Below, in pieces: positions 1 through 11,590 of a DNA stretch of 64,000 nt. Every line of letters begins with the position of its first letter. The first letter of the stretch is position 1. This stretch comes from Macrostomum hystrix (taxonomy: Eukaryota; Animalia; Platyhelminthes). The DNA is taken from assembly GCA_950097015.1 (NCBI GenBank), contig CATNEN010000041.1, positions 62,001-126,000 on the forward strand, given 5' to 3'. The position numbers were made by a program, and so were the translations under genes. The notes under the pieces were generated by a model. The model was not told where the DNA came from. It saw nothing but the letters and a program-made list of their open reading frames with translations, and did no database searches.

Positions 1-2592
1 TAATACATAGCAGAATTAGTCTACCACTGAATGAGAGCCAGATAGCTTACCTGGGCCATATCAACCTTGAAGATCTTAATAGGCATAACAATAATAGCAA
101 AAGCTCTGAGTACTAGTGTCAGTGCAAGCAAAACTTTATTATAGCTAAAATGTGATAAGGAACAAGTAACACTTCTTGTTTTATCTTTTTTAATTAAATG
201 TTTCAATGTTGAAAATTTAAAGCTTAAAAACATAGACTGTGGAAGTGCTATTACTTATATTTATTGGCAATAATATTGCCCCAATAGACGAAAAATTCAA
301 TAGGCCTACTTACAACTTCTGGACTGTTAATTTCAATTGGAAATAAAAGTGATTAATTTAATGAAAATCAACAGCCAAGTCAAGCTAATATTAGGCCTAG
401 CCATAAAAATACTATACTTGTTAAAAAAAGAAAAGTAAAATTACAGTAGATAGGCAAATAGATGGCTAAAATAGAATATTCGATAAGTTCATGACATAAT
501 AGCTAGCCATGTGCAAACCCTGAACCCAAAAAAATAATATGAATAGGGAAATAAACAATTTCACTACAAATTTAAAAAACCCTTCAGTTAACAATGCCAT
601 TGTTTACATTAAAAAATAGAAAATAAAAATAAGAACATCTTGATAAAATCAGAGCAAATAACTATCATTGTTTAATAAATACTGGAAAAACTAGCTAATG
701 TAAAGATAATGTCAATATTTACAAGAGAGAACAAGCTTGGTTTAAAATTAAATCACTTGCTTAGATTCATACATTTCATTAAGTATAAAAACTGTCAATT
801 CTTAACAAGATAGATACTGTCTTGATTATTGATAAACATATAACTAGGTCTAGGCATAGCTAGTAGGTCTATATGTAATATAGGTAGCTATATATTTAAA
901 TTTATTTTATATTGACAGGATAAAACTAAAATAAAGAAGCAGTGAATTGGGCATACAATTATAACCAACTATTTTTTAATCATATATTGCTAATAAATAG
1001 ATGCATCCGATTAAACAGGGATTGTAAAATTCAAGTTAGTCACTAGTTAGCTTCATACTATGATTGCTGCATGATATAGTAACTAAAATAATATGAAGAT
1101 CAATTATTCATGAAAAAATCTTCATAAAATTCGTCGAAGCAACATATTTTGTAAGTTATATCAAAAGAAGAGCTTTGTATCTGCTTCCAATAAAAAGTTA
1201 TCAACGTTTTAAAGTGAAAAAAGTGAAAAGTTCCTATCTCGCTAGTGTATTTTTCCGTAAAAATCAGCCTTTAATAAATTTTCTAAGAAACGAAGTGTCC
1301 CGTCCTTCTTCTTCTAGTGGTCCTTGGATGTGCACTGTTCATTTAACATTTTTTGAAATGTTATTAAATTAAATTTTTGAAATAAATTTAATACTAAATT
1401 AGGACAGTCAGTTATTACTATAAAAATAAAAGATACATTTCCATATCTAATATTTAACTGCCCTTGATACTGTACTCTAATTTAATTAAACTTTGTTTAA
1501 GTATGAGTGTGAAACTCCGGGCCGCGCGCGAGTTGATCATATTTACGCGCTTATTTGATTGCCTCGCAATTCAAAGAACTTTTTTAAAAGGCCTGGCCTG
1601 GCCGGCCTTTAATTGTAAAAAGCTTACTCCGAGTAAGTAACTCCTGAATTTTTGGAAAATCTAACTTAACATTCCTCAAACCTACGCGAAAGTTGACCTC
1701 GAATTTATGAGATTTCTTTTCAATTGAGTTTGTATGTGTTAATTAAGTACATTTTTTATTTTATTGAAATTGGAAGCAAAACATTAAATTTTTTAAGTAG
1801 CCATACAACGTTAAGGTGTCTAAACATATGATTTTGGTTCTTAGATTTTTCTATACGACGCTATCAACGTGATTTTTTTTTGTTTTTCATCCCTTATGGG
1901 TCATGAGCATACTATGGTTTTACTAGTTGGTAGTATTTATTTTATTTATAACAACTTTTCTAAATAAAATAACTATTAGAAAACTTCAGCAATTCGGTTG
2001 TATTTATTTAAAAATAAGCATTACACATCTCTCGTTTATTTGACAAAAATCACATTGCATTTTGCATACAGTTCAGTAAGTCATTATTATTTTAATAGAG
2101 TCAGCTAGCACATAGCCAGGTTTTTATTCTAGATATAATAAATATGAAAATGTATTATTCAGCTTGGCGAAAGAAACTAAGCTATATCCAACTATACTAA
2201 ATCTCTAATATTTTCAACAAAGTTTCTATAGCTTAATAATCCAAGAAAATCCAGTATTGCCACTTAGATAAAACTTTCCATTCATTGTAAAAAGGATTTC
2301 ATTAGATTATACAAGAAAAAATATATTTCATTGTCAATGAAAGCCAATACAAGCTATTTTCTGTACAAACTTGCAATAAATTAACTATATTTGGATATCT
2401 ATATTGACAGAATTTACTAAATTAAATTTTAATTTTAATAATAATTTTGTCTTTTGTAACTTTAATAACTGTCTCATAAATAATTTGTACTAATCGTTTT
2501 TCTTTTTAAAGTAATTACCTATCTAGTAAGCAGTGCCAGAAATTGCCTTTTATGCTGTTTGTTGCAGATTCAGGGCATCCAATTGGTGATCC

Positions 2593-4333
2593 ATGGCAAC
2601 TTGCAGGGTGCATTCTCCAAAGAGGAGCTGGCTGAGTATCAGGAGCTCACTTATTTGACAAGGCGGGAAATCATTGAGTACGTTTTGAACAATATTATAC
2701 CTGTGGCTATTTTTGTTCTGCTTAAATTGGTATCTATATCCAGCTTCTCACCTGCTCTCACACCAGGGTGTACAACCGATTTGTCAAGATCGACCCAAAT
2801 GCACTGAAAGAGGATGCCAAAAATCCCAGAGTGGATTGGGAAAAAATTCTAGCCATCCCAGAGCTGAGGGTGAGTTTCCCAGCAACATTTCAACTGCAAA
2901 TAACAGACAGCCTTCCACCTGCTCACAGACAGCCTTCCACCTGCTCACAGACAGCCTTCCACCTGCTCACAGACAGCCTTCCACCTGCTCACAGACAGCC
3001 TTCCACCTGCTCACAGACAGCCTTCCACCTGCTCACAGACAGCCTTCCACCTGCTCACAGACAGCCTTCCACCTGCTCACAGACAGCCTTCCACCTGCTC
3101 ACAGACAGCCTTCCACCTGCTCACAGACAGCCTTCCACCTGCTCACAGACAGCCTTCCACCTGCTCAAAGACAGCCTTCCACCTGCTCACACCCATCACC
3201 GCAGATGAACCCATTTAAAGATCGCATTGTGCGTGTGTTCAGCAGCGAGCCCAACCGAATGTCCTTTGAGGACTTCCTGGACATGATGTCAGTATTCAGC
3301 GAGGCGGCCGACAAGGCACGAAGGTGAAGTACGCCTTCCTAATCTACGATTACGACGGTGATTTGCACATCGGCGAGGCCGACCTGCGCTGCATCATCCG
3401 GGCGCTGACGGCCAACGAAGAGGGCGGGCCGCAGCAGCAGCAGCAACTGACTGACGAAGATATTGATAAGCTGGTGAACAATGTGAGTGCTCGTGTCAAT
3501 CAGTATAATTGTAGAGTTAATTTAAGCAAATGAGACTGAGATTTATTAATTGTTTTTCTTTTGCTTATTGAATAGTTTTTGTAAGCCGTGCGGGCGCAGA
3601 ATTGTGCAGATAGCATATAACCAACTTGTGTGGCCCATAATTTCAATCGCGAAATTGAAATCTCTTATCTACTGAGACTTGAGAGTGGCGAGTCCAACTT
3701 TTAGCATTTAGCTGGGTTTGCTATTAAATGGTTACTTGGCAATAGAAAAGGCTACGTATATCCACCTTTCTCTAAACTGATACTGAAAGCAGAAGCTGCC
3801 AGCCCATCCCAGATCCTCATGTTGAGCTGCCAGCCCATCCCAGATCCTCAGGTTGAGCTGCCAGCCCATCCCAGATCCTCAGGTTGAGCTGCCAGCCCAT
3901 CCCAGATCCTCAGGTTGAGCTGCCAACCCATCCCAGATCCTCAGGTTGAGCTGCCAACCCATCCCAGATCCTCAGGTTGAGCTGCCAGCCCATCCCAGAT
4001 CCTCAGGTTGAGCTGCCAGCCCATCCCAGATCCTCAGGTTGAGCTGCCAACCCATCCCAGATCCTCAGGTTGAGCTGCCAGCCCATCCCAGATCCTCAGG
4101 TTGAGCTGCTATTATCCCAGACCGCTACTCAATATCCCATATACGGCACCGGGAACTAGCAGCATTGGGATCCTGTAATCCGACTGAATCTCCGCTTATC
4201 CGAACCCCGTCGCTGCTCGCAGATCCTGGCCGAGTCGGACCGGGACGAGGACCGCAAGCTGTCATTCGCCGAGTTCGAGCACGTCATCTCCAAGGCGCCA
4301 GACTTTGTCAGCTCGTTCAGGATTCGCGTCTGA
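2593..4333 (+). CDS. CIB1: Calcium- and integrin-binding protein (CIB1-like), 4 coding exons, two apparent 1-bp deletions
   Basis: Exons 2593-2677, 2767-2869, 3205-3482, 4223-4333 with GT-AG boundaries and consistent phases. They translate to (M)[28 protein letters not shown] / VYNRF...ILAIPELR / [13 protein letters not shown]...[25 protein letters not shown] / [36 protein letters not shown], matching recalled CIB-family motifs. Frame breaks at about 2595 and 3318. Confidence 0.9.
2903..3191. repeat. 22-bp minisatellite (acagacagccttccacctgctc) x about 13 in CIB intron 2
   Basis: Direct tandem periodicity; ends about 13 nt before the acceptor at 3204. Confidence 0.95.
3734..4109. repeat. 31-bp minisatellite (agctgccagcccatcccagatcctcaggttg) x about 12 in CIB intron 3
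   Basis: Direct tandem periodicity. Confidence 0.95.
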
Positions 4334-5837
4334 CTGCGTGGCGAACTTCACTGCAGAAGATGAAGATTGTGTAAATCAGTTTTACTGTTACACATGCAGT
4401 TAGATTTGTTACCTGCTGTCATATGTTCCTGTGCTGTGATATTGTGCAATCCAGCCTGCTACTTTGAGTAATCTATTTTTACTACTTAATTATCCAACCG
4501 GCCTTAAATTTGTTTGCCGCATGTAAAATTCGCTTTTTTTCTCCCCATTTTATTGTTTTGTTATAATGCTTAATTTTAAATGCTTGCTTTTAAAATACCA
4601 TCTTTTTTTACCTTTATCCGACATATGTTTATTCGAAGTTTTTGTTTGATAAACAAATGAATTGAACATGATTTGCTACTCATTACTAGTAGTGTATTAG
4701 GTTTTTTGGCGCTGATTATGTTTTACCCCTTTTTCTACCTTTACTAAAAGAATTTGCGCATAAAATAACTTCAATCTGTTAGAACTGCCGCTCTAACCCT
4801 GCCTCTGTAGAGCGAAGCCTTTCTTGATTACACAGTTTTCGGCTTTTTGCGCGAAAAATATTTAGTGGACATTGCTTCCATCGCTCTAATCTTTAGTTGG
4901 ATTTGTTAATTCTGTAGTTAAACTATTCTGTGCAGATTAGTGTATGTATCAGGGATGTACGAGCTATAATTCGATAGCCTAATTGTTTTCGATGAAAATA
5001 CATCATTCGAATTCGTGCCAGTTTGACTGAAAACGCAATTAAAAATTCGGCCAAGAGAGAGGCTGTTTGATTTTTCCTTCTAGAGAAATTCGGTGGGACA
5101 TCCGGGTCCGTAACTGGCACGTCCGTTTTGGGGCGCTGACTAAAAATTATGATTTTGCCGTTTCTCCAAGACTGGAAAAAAATATGTTTTTCTGTTTTCG
5201 CCGCTTCTGCTCCGCAGGATTGCCGCATGACCCGCTCGGGTCGCAGGTGTGCGCAGGAATCGCGAGGTCACACCCCTCGCACCTTTGATTAAATTATTCG
5301 AGCGATAAGCAGCACGAGAACACTACTTGCCTGTTGCGGCCTCTCTTTCCAAAACAAGTTGTTTGACATGCGGGGGCGCAGCAGGTGAAGGAACGGCAGT
5401 GGTGGGTGGAGTGTGTGTACATACGTCACTGCTTGGAACGCGGTGCTGGCCCTCCTCTACATTGACGTTTTTGTGGCTGCATGGTGCGTGACTCACGCGG
5501 CGGTGGGGCGGGGCGCGCTGCCCTCCCTCTGTACTGTAGCCGTGCGGCATTCTCGCTCTGCCCGCGTCTCCTTGTGTGCGTCTCGCGCTTAATTTGGGCC
5601 ATTGGCTCTAAGAGGGCCGGGTGAGAGGGCGCGTTTGGCTGGCCAGCTTTTCATGGGCTATTTAACTTTGGCCCGGCACCCTGCTGTATCAGGAGACGCA
5701 GAGTGTGCGCTTGTTTAAATAGCAGTCCGTGGTTTAGTGCCAGTTCGAGCCGTGTGAGCTTGTTCAATACCCGCACTAGACAGGCCAAGTGCCAGACTCA
5801 AAGCTACAGGGCGAGTGACTTGAGCTACCGAGGAAAT

Positions 5838-6125
5838 ATGCGACAGCGCCGGGTTGCCATGGCCAGTCTGCCACCATTCCTACCAGTCGCCGCTGCGTCT
5901 GAGCAGCCGCAGCTGGCGGACCCTCCCGTCATGGCGGATCGCTCTCCAAGCATAGGCGACTCGCCGCTGCCCAGCAGTTCGCGGCTGCGCCAGCGACGCA
6001 ACGCCGTCTACAGCCGACCGCCTGAGCTGGACCGTCTGCTGGGTCTGCCTGCCGGGGCCTGGGTGGCTGATCTGCTGCTGACGGACGACCGGGCCGAGTC
6101 AGCTGCTGAAGAGGCCGGACGGTGA
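5838..6125 (+). CDS. Hypothetical 95-aa intronless protein with an RRNAV (PKI-like pseudosubstrate) motif
   Basis: GC-rich ORF from ATG 5838 to TGA 6125, followed by AT-rich sequence; codon style resembles the real exons in the window. No recognised family. Confidence 0.35.
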   Translation: MRQRRVAMASLPPFLPVAAASEQPQLADPPVMADRSPSIGDSPLPSSSRLRQRRNAVYSRPPELDRLLGLPAGAWVADLLLTDDRAESAAEEAGR

Positions 6126-8806
6126 ATGCGGCGCCGCGATCAAGTGACGCTTTTCAAATTATAATTATCTATTTCAAATTTGCGCTAGAGTTGAAGCTGA
6201 AGTGTGCATTTGTTTTGAACTGATTCTTTTTGGCGCGAATTCGAATCTCTTAACAATATTCAATCGATAACAATGCGTTTAATTACTGTAAATAATAGCA
6301 GGAGTCCAGAAAACGCTTTCCTTGTCCAATGTCGTCTGTTTTGTATTGAACTGTGCTCTTGTTACTCGCGATTTCCCCGATGCTAACAGCCTGTGTACAG
6401 CTTTCCACTGTAGTTACTTCTCATAATGTTTGATGCGCCTGGTTTGCTGTGAGATACCTCCGTGTAATTAACTGACAAGGAGGATCTAGTGGGTTGCCAT
6501 GGAACTCATTTCGGACAGAATTAATCAGTTAATCCAGTTGTGTGCTACAGTAAGCTAATTTGGTCGATGCGGTTTCCATGGCGCAATGAAGCAGATGCAA
6601 ATCTCTAATCTGTACCTAATCCTATAAAAGTGCACGCATTGTTGACAGCATTTTATGTTCAAGCTGATTGTCTGCGCGCCCCAGTTGACGTCGTTCCTCG
6701 ACTTGCCGCGCACACCTGGAATTTACCGCAATGCAAGCCTATCTGGCGACCGTCTGTCCCGTACCACTTGCACTGGGATTATCTCCCCCGCGTGTGTAAA
6801 AGTACAAATAAAATAATTGCACTGTGGAGAGCGCAGCCTTCGCGCAGACATCTGGCGAAATTCGTCGAGTTTTTCAGCTGGTTACTCGCTCCGCTATGGA
6901 ATCAGTTGGGAGCTACTTTAGCACCTGTCTACTGTAGGCTCCGTCCGTAGGGGAGGTGCAACATCATTAGTTATATCCACTGAATTAGGACAGTACAGTA
7001 TATAACGTTACTCGTTGGTCACGCGCCAGCATTGACTGCTGGAGCCTACCTAGCATGTACCTACTGCATCATGCCCAATTCCTTGCCGATTGAGATTTTA
7101 TCTTAGATGTATTTATATAAAACTGCTGGAATAGCATTGCGCAGCTAAAATTATCCCCTTGCACTGGGGCTGCCCATGAAGGCAGCGTGCTCAACTGCGG
7201 AGGCTGCAGATTCTGGTCTATAGCAGATGGTCTTGCATGAATTGACGTCAAAGTGATTTCTGCCATTCTATACCCTGCGGGCTCGGAGTTAACTGGTTCT
7301 CATTTTGGCATTTGTGCAGCGGCTGGCTCAGGTGTTACTTAGTCACAATTAAGACAAAATGACCAGCGCATAAAAATGAAACACTGCTCAACATGGCTGA
7401 GTGCAATTTTTGTGTCTCTCTCGCTGCGGCGTTTGAGCTGCATTTTTTACTCCTCATTGCGAAACTGCACGTTTTATGTTCTCGGCCAGCAGTTAGAACG
7501 ATGCAGCCTATGCTGGCTCAAAGTTATGCTCTCACAGTTCTAGTGCCAATTTGGTGCCGGAAGAACCCGCCAGCATGCATTTTAACTGCAGGGCAATAGC
7601 ACAAAAGGCTACAGTTTAACTCATGCAATCTCTACATTAATCAAACAGCTGGCTATTCGCTTCTCCGGTAATGCTCAGAAAATATGACGAGCAAAAATTT
7701 TGGATACGAAAAATAACAACAGCTCGCAGCCACTTGTTCTGTTGCGAGTCTTTGTCACGGGGACAGAAACCGCCTGTCGATACGGCGAGTGGCCAAAATT
7801 ATAGGCAGCTTAAAAATAGCAGCAGATGGTGAAGGCAGCCACCGCACCGAAACCCGGGCCGCAGAGCCTCATCACGTGATCGCTGCTTACTGCATGCTTA
7901 AACTAATCTTCTCACTTGACCGAAATAGCAAGGTGTCTGCAACACGAGCTTCTTACGACAGTCACAAAAGATGTGGTCACTAATGAGAGTTCTGAGCGTC
8001 ATTAACAGCGATCCAGGTTCGCTTCAGCTCAGGGGCCCTGAATCCCCTTAAATCAGGGCTGACTAGCTATTTCTGAAGATCCAAGCTGCGTGTAATTGCT
8101 GCATTCCCTCTTTTAATCCTAGCTCAAACAAACCAACGTGAGAATTGAGAAATAATAAATTCCACAGCCTCCTTGGAGCAGCCTGCTTGTCTGGATGACA
8201 GCATGCTCATCCGCATTCGTTAATCTCCTGGATCACGGCATCCCGAGTCCTGGGACCACAGGTCCTCGCTGTCCAGCTTCCCGGTAAGCCTCATGTTTTC
8301 CTCAGACTTGATTTTGCCCACCCTGGTTTAATTGCAGTCGAAGCTAAACTTATGAGCACTTGTACTTTCCTGTGAGCCCTGTGCAAATGTGTCGCTCTAA
8401 TTATCTGCTGGGACCTGGATGGCACCTTTGCTTCGAAAGGCACTTCTCAATTTGCTTTTGTCCTATCTTATATTGACGAGTGAGTTTATGACTGTCGCAT
8501 GTGTTGCTCACGTTGGTTCGGAAAGTTTCAGATCTACGCATCAGATTTACATTTTCAGCTCTGTTTAAAAACTTCAAGTGAAAAACTTGCAGGCAAAGCC
8601 TCGTAGAATTCAATCCGTGATCGGACATGCCGAGAAACACATTGGGACTCCATCTCGATTCTCAGGAATTCAACAGTTTTAAATTTCATACGACATAATA
8701 TTACGCGATCGACGTTGACTCATATTGACCCAAGTCAATATTGTATCTGTACAAAAATGCCTATCACAAATCAAAATTAGGATTCAAGTAAGCACCTGCT
8801 GCACAA

Positions 8807-9167
8807 GGGGGTCAGGTAGAGCGGTTAACGCGTTTGCCTCGCGCACCAAGGTCCCTGTGCTCGATTCCGCGGCGAGGCCACATCAAATTGGGGCGCAGCC
8901 GCGGAGAGAAGGCTTGGGGGCTTTTCGTGCAATTTACGCCCTTGAGGGCCAACCTCCAAGGCACAGTGAAGTGTACACTGCCTGATGAGGCGAAAGTCAG
9001 GGCAGATGTACTCACCTGTGTGAGCGTGTGCCTGCATACGGTATCTGTGTGCGTTTGTGCTCAGGAGTCAGCGAAATGGACAGAATTGCCTCCTCGCTGG
9101 CTGCGGGTCTAGAATCACCGAATGATGTGCCATTGCCCGCAGCCCTCGCGCAAATATTAATTATTAT
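8807..9167 (+). mobile_element. tRNA-derived SINE, copy 1
   Basis: Aligns over its full length with the copy at 9211; degenerate A box (aggtagagcgg) and B box (gctcgattcc); ATT-rich tail. Confidence 0.8.
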
Positions 9168-9210
9168 CAAGCAACTGCTTTTAATGAGCATATGCACACT
9201 ATAGTCTTAG

Positions 9211-9574
9211 GGGGTCGGTGGCAGAGCGGTTAACGCGTTTGCCACTCGCACCACAGTCCCTAAGTTCGATTCCACGGCGAGGCCACATTTATTTGGGGCG
9301 CAGCCGCGGAGAGAAGGCTTTGGGGCTTGTCGTGCAATTTACGCCCTTGAGGGCCAACCTCCAAGGCACAGTTCGAGTGTACACTGCCTGACGATGAGAA
9401 AGTCAGGGCAGATGTACACACCTGTGTGAGCGTATGCCTGCGTACGGTATCTGTGTGCGTGTGTGCTCAGGAGTCAGCGAAATGGGCAGAATTGCCTCCT
9501 CGCTGGCTGCGGGTCTAGTGTCACCAAACTGTGTCATTGCCCGCAGCCCTCCTGCAATTATTATTATTATTATT
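9211..9574 (+). mobile_element. tRNA-derived SINE, copy 2, with 15-bp target-site duplication
   Basis: A box TGGCAGAGCGG, B box AGTTCGATTCC, (ATT)n tail; identical ACACTATAGTCTTAG at 9196-9210 and 9575-9589. Confidence 0.9.
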
Positions 9575-11590
9575 ACACTATAGTCTTAGCAGGAAAGGCA
9601 ACATGTAAAAGGTTTACCCTGGGTACCCTGGATTATCAGCCTGGATTTCGAGTAATTTCCGGTCTACTGTATCTGCTCTTCGCTTGTCATCTGCTCCATC
9701 ACGAGCACGTGAGTCCTTGAACTCTCCTTTTGATGCACTTAACACGTTCATAAACAGGTGAAAAGGCAGCTCATCTATTATCCTCCCCACAATGAAGTGA
9801 CGGCAGCGTGAGCCCCAGTATTTCTAATTGCTTTAAATAGTTTTCTGCGAATGGCATGCAGGGGCCCGGGTCCCCGTGGAGACTGCTGTGTGAAAGCTGA
9901 TCCACCTCTGCCTCGAGCTTCGATTTGCGAGGACACCAACTCCTTTATAAAAGTGCAACTCGAATGTACGGATAAGCTAATTTATTCGGCCTAAGGGCAG
10001 ACCTTCGCGCCTTTGATGACCGGATCTGACCGCAACTGCCGTACTTCATGCCCGCCTCTGCGCGGACAGGAAGTGGAATGCAAGCGAATGCAGGGGACTC
10101 GAAAGCAAAAAACACTGCTAACTCATTAGGCCTGCAGTTTACACTGATTTATATTTGAATAAATTTTATCATTCGACCACATTCCATAATTCAATTTTTT
10201 ACCTGACCTGTCCTGAACATCACCTGTCATACGTGTGTACTTTAGGTATTAACTACACGTGTCCCGAGGCTTGTCTGGATAAAACCAATCTGACTGGACC
10301 GCATTCAGTCCATCGAATGTAATTCACACTTAAGTTTAATTTTACCACTGTATAGCGCGACTAAATCCAGGAGGACCAGACAGTCGGCTTCGCTGTCAGT
10401 CAGCTTCGCTGCGCTTCCAGCTTCCACCAGGGGAAAGTAAAAAGTATTTGTCTCATATAGCACAACTCGCAATGAAACTCTGCAGAGCATTTTGATCTAC
10501 AGCAACACAAAGCGGTAAAATAGTGCTTTTAGCCCTGAAAAACCGGTCAAGCCAGGACCACTAGTAGTTCCTAGTGGATTCAATAGTAGATTCAAGGATA
10601 CTTGAATCCTTTTGGATTCACGTATTCGTGTACAAATAGGACACGTCGTCAGGACGCGAGTGCCCGCAATGATCCCAAATCTGGGGGCGTCATGACACTC
10701 TGATCCCATGCAGGTGAAGGGATGCTGTGATGTTAGTCAACATCAGTTATTGTAGGCGTCAGGACACATATGCTGTCGTATGAGTACAGCGGGAGTACAG
10801 AGTACCCTATGTAGCATCTGATCCATGGCCAAGCTCCCAGCCGGCGTCAGGACTTGTTACTGTCCGACCAGATATGTATATGGCTATACCGAATAAAGCA
10901 AGACAAGGCAGTGGCTTAATTAGATATGAGCGCAACTCTGCTTCAGCGGGTGTGCTTCTCGCTGGCAATGTATTTGTCAATTGCTTTGCCAAAGCAGTAA
11001 TTACTTCGTCATCGCAGTAAGAGCTCCTTAGGGCTCTTGCAGAGAGAAAAAGCGCGCGAAGTTCTGATCCCAGAATCCGCTTAATCTTTGTTTGCCACGG
11101 CTCGCCTGGAGCCAGGCAGGTGCCCAAAACCACACCCACATCGGTGATCCGTCCCACCACCCTATCCAAGCCACAACTGGCCAATCACAGCGCAGCGGGG
11201 GAAGGCAAGCCCGGGCGAGAACCAATCAACGAGCAGTAAATAAGCTATTAGATAGCTTTTTACCTTTGAGCAGGGACTATTTAAACTAACCGGTAGTTTA
11301 ACTACCTTTGAGCTCATCTCAAAAATTAATTGGTGGAATGCGTGCACGCGACGCACGCGGCCATCAAGTTCTTCCGGATTTGCGTTATCAATAACGTAAA
11401 ATTGAGAACTTATTCAAACGCAATTCGCGCTGAATGAGCCGTGCACCTATACTCTCTTCACTGCACGTACGAGATTGATATATTGGTCGTCCGAATTACA
11501 AGGACAGCATCGGGAGGGTCGTGGACTCAAACTAAATTTGCAGTCCAATAATATTTTTTATTGCTGTGGTCACAGAGATCACAGTCCATC

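Noticed and set aside
1-2550. Short ORFs in the AT-rich first 2.5 kb
   Set aside because: No recognisable motif, and composition is unlike the real exons; probably intergenic or CIB 5'-UTR intron.
8807-9290. tRNA genes at the SINE heads
   Set aside because: A and B boxes are present, but the sequence continues into a shared 290-bp body and ATT tail, so these are SINE heads; I could not build a convincing cloverleaf.
10305-11290. Minus-strand ORFs vaguely resembling retrotransposon gag
   Set aside because: No zinc knuckle, protease or RT motif, and no LTR pair or primer-binding site could be supported.
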